From positions 74,417 through 138,416 of the forward strand of contig NMRA01000804.1 in NCBI GenBank assembly GCA_002633005.1: a stretch of 64,000 nt of DNA, written 5' to 3'. Of this stretch, positions 63,776-64,000 are shown in pieces; positions within the stretch are counted from its first letter, which is position 1, and each line of letters starts with the position of its first letter. The DNA comes from Phoronis australis (taxonomy: Eukaryota; Animalia; Phoronida). Position numbers and translations under genes: made by a program. The notes below the pieces were generated by a model, which saw only the letters and a list, made by a program, of their open reading frames with translations, did not search any database and was not told where the DNA came from.

Positions 63776-64000
63776 GTGAAAATAGAATACTTAAAGTCCT
63801 TCTCTCACGCGTTGTTAACCCTTATTACATGGTTAGAGGACGTTATAAGGATCCAAGAAGTACCTACCCCATAACTGATACACGATCCGTACTCGAAAAA
63901 AGTTTAAATGAACGCGCCACTCACTATTCGCACCCGAAGAACCACCGCTATTTTGAACTTGCCGCGAACCCGGAAGTACAATTCATTCAGGAACCCAAGC

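Overview
AT-rich eukaryotic (invertebrate, probably lophotrochozoan; inference) genomic DNA with two convergent spliced genes. The first is the last 10 coding exons of a USP24-type deubiquitinase on + (143-8383). The second is a complete 7-coding-exon, ~402-aa alpha-arrestin on - (30001-14703) resembling C. elegans ARRD-17, with an unlocated 5' exon upstream of an acceptor at 30032-33. Introns and the last 30 kb are full of transposon relics: an L1/Tx1-like fragment, Helentron-type non-autonomous elements (one carrying a ~0.4-kb satellite), Harbinger-, Kolobok- and pogo-like DNA elements, an Academ-like transposase remnant, tRNA-derived SINE heads, and a Penelope-like retroelement cluster with a minimal hammerhead ribozyme at 60681-60717. 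Most interesting: the ribozyme, a possible second C-terminal tail of the arrestin reached by a 55-nt intron, a minisatellite that multiplies a USP24 splice donor, hairpin arrays in the presumed USP24 3' UTR, and a MITE whose empty target site is also in the window. Family assignments come from recalled motifs, not database searches. Assembly gaps: 25058-25376, 57176, 61717.
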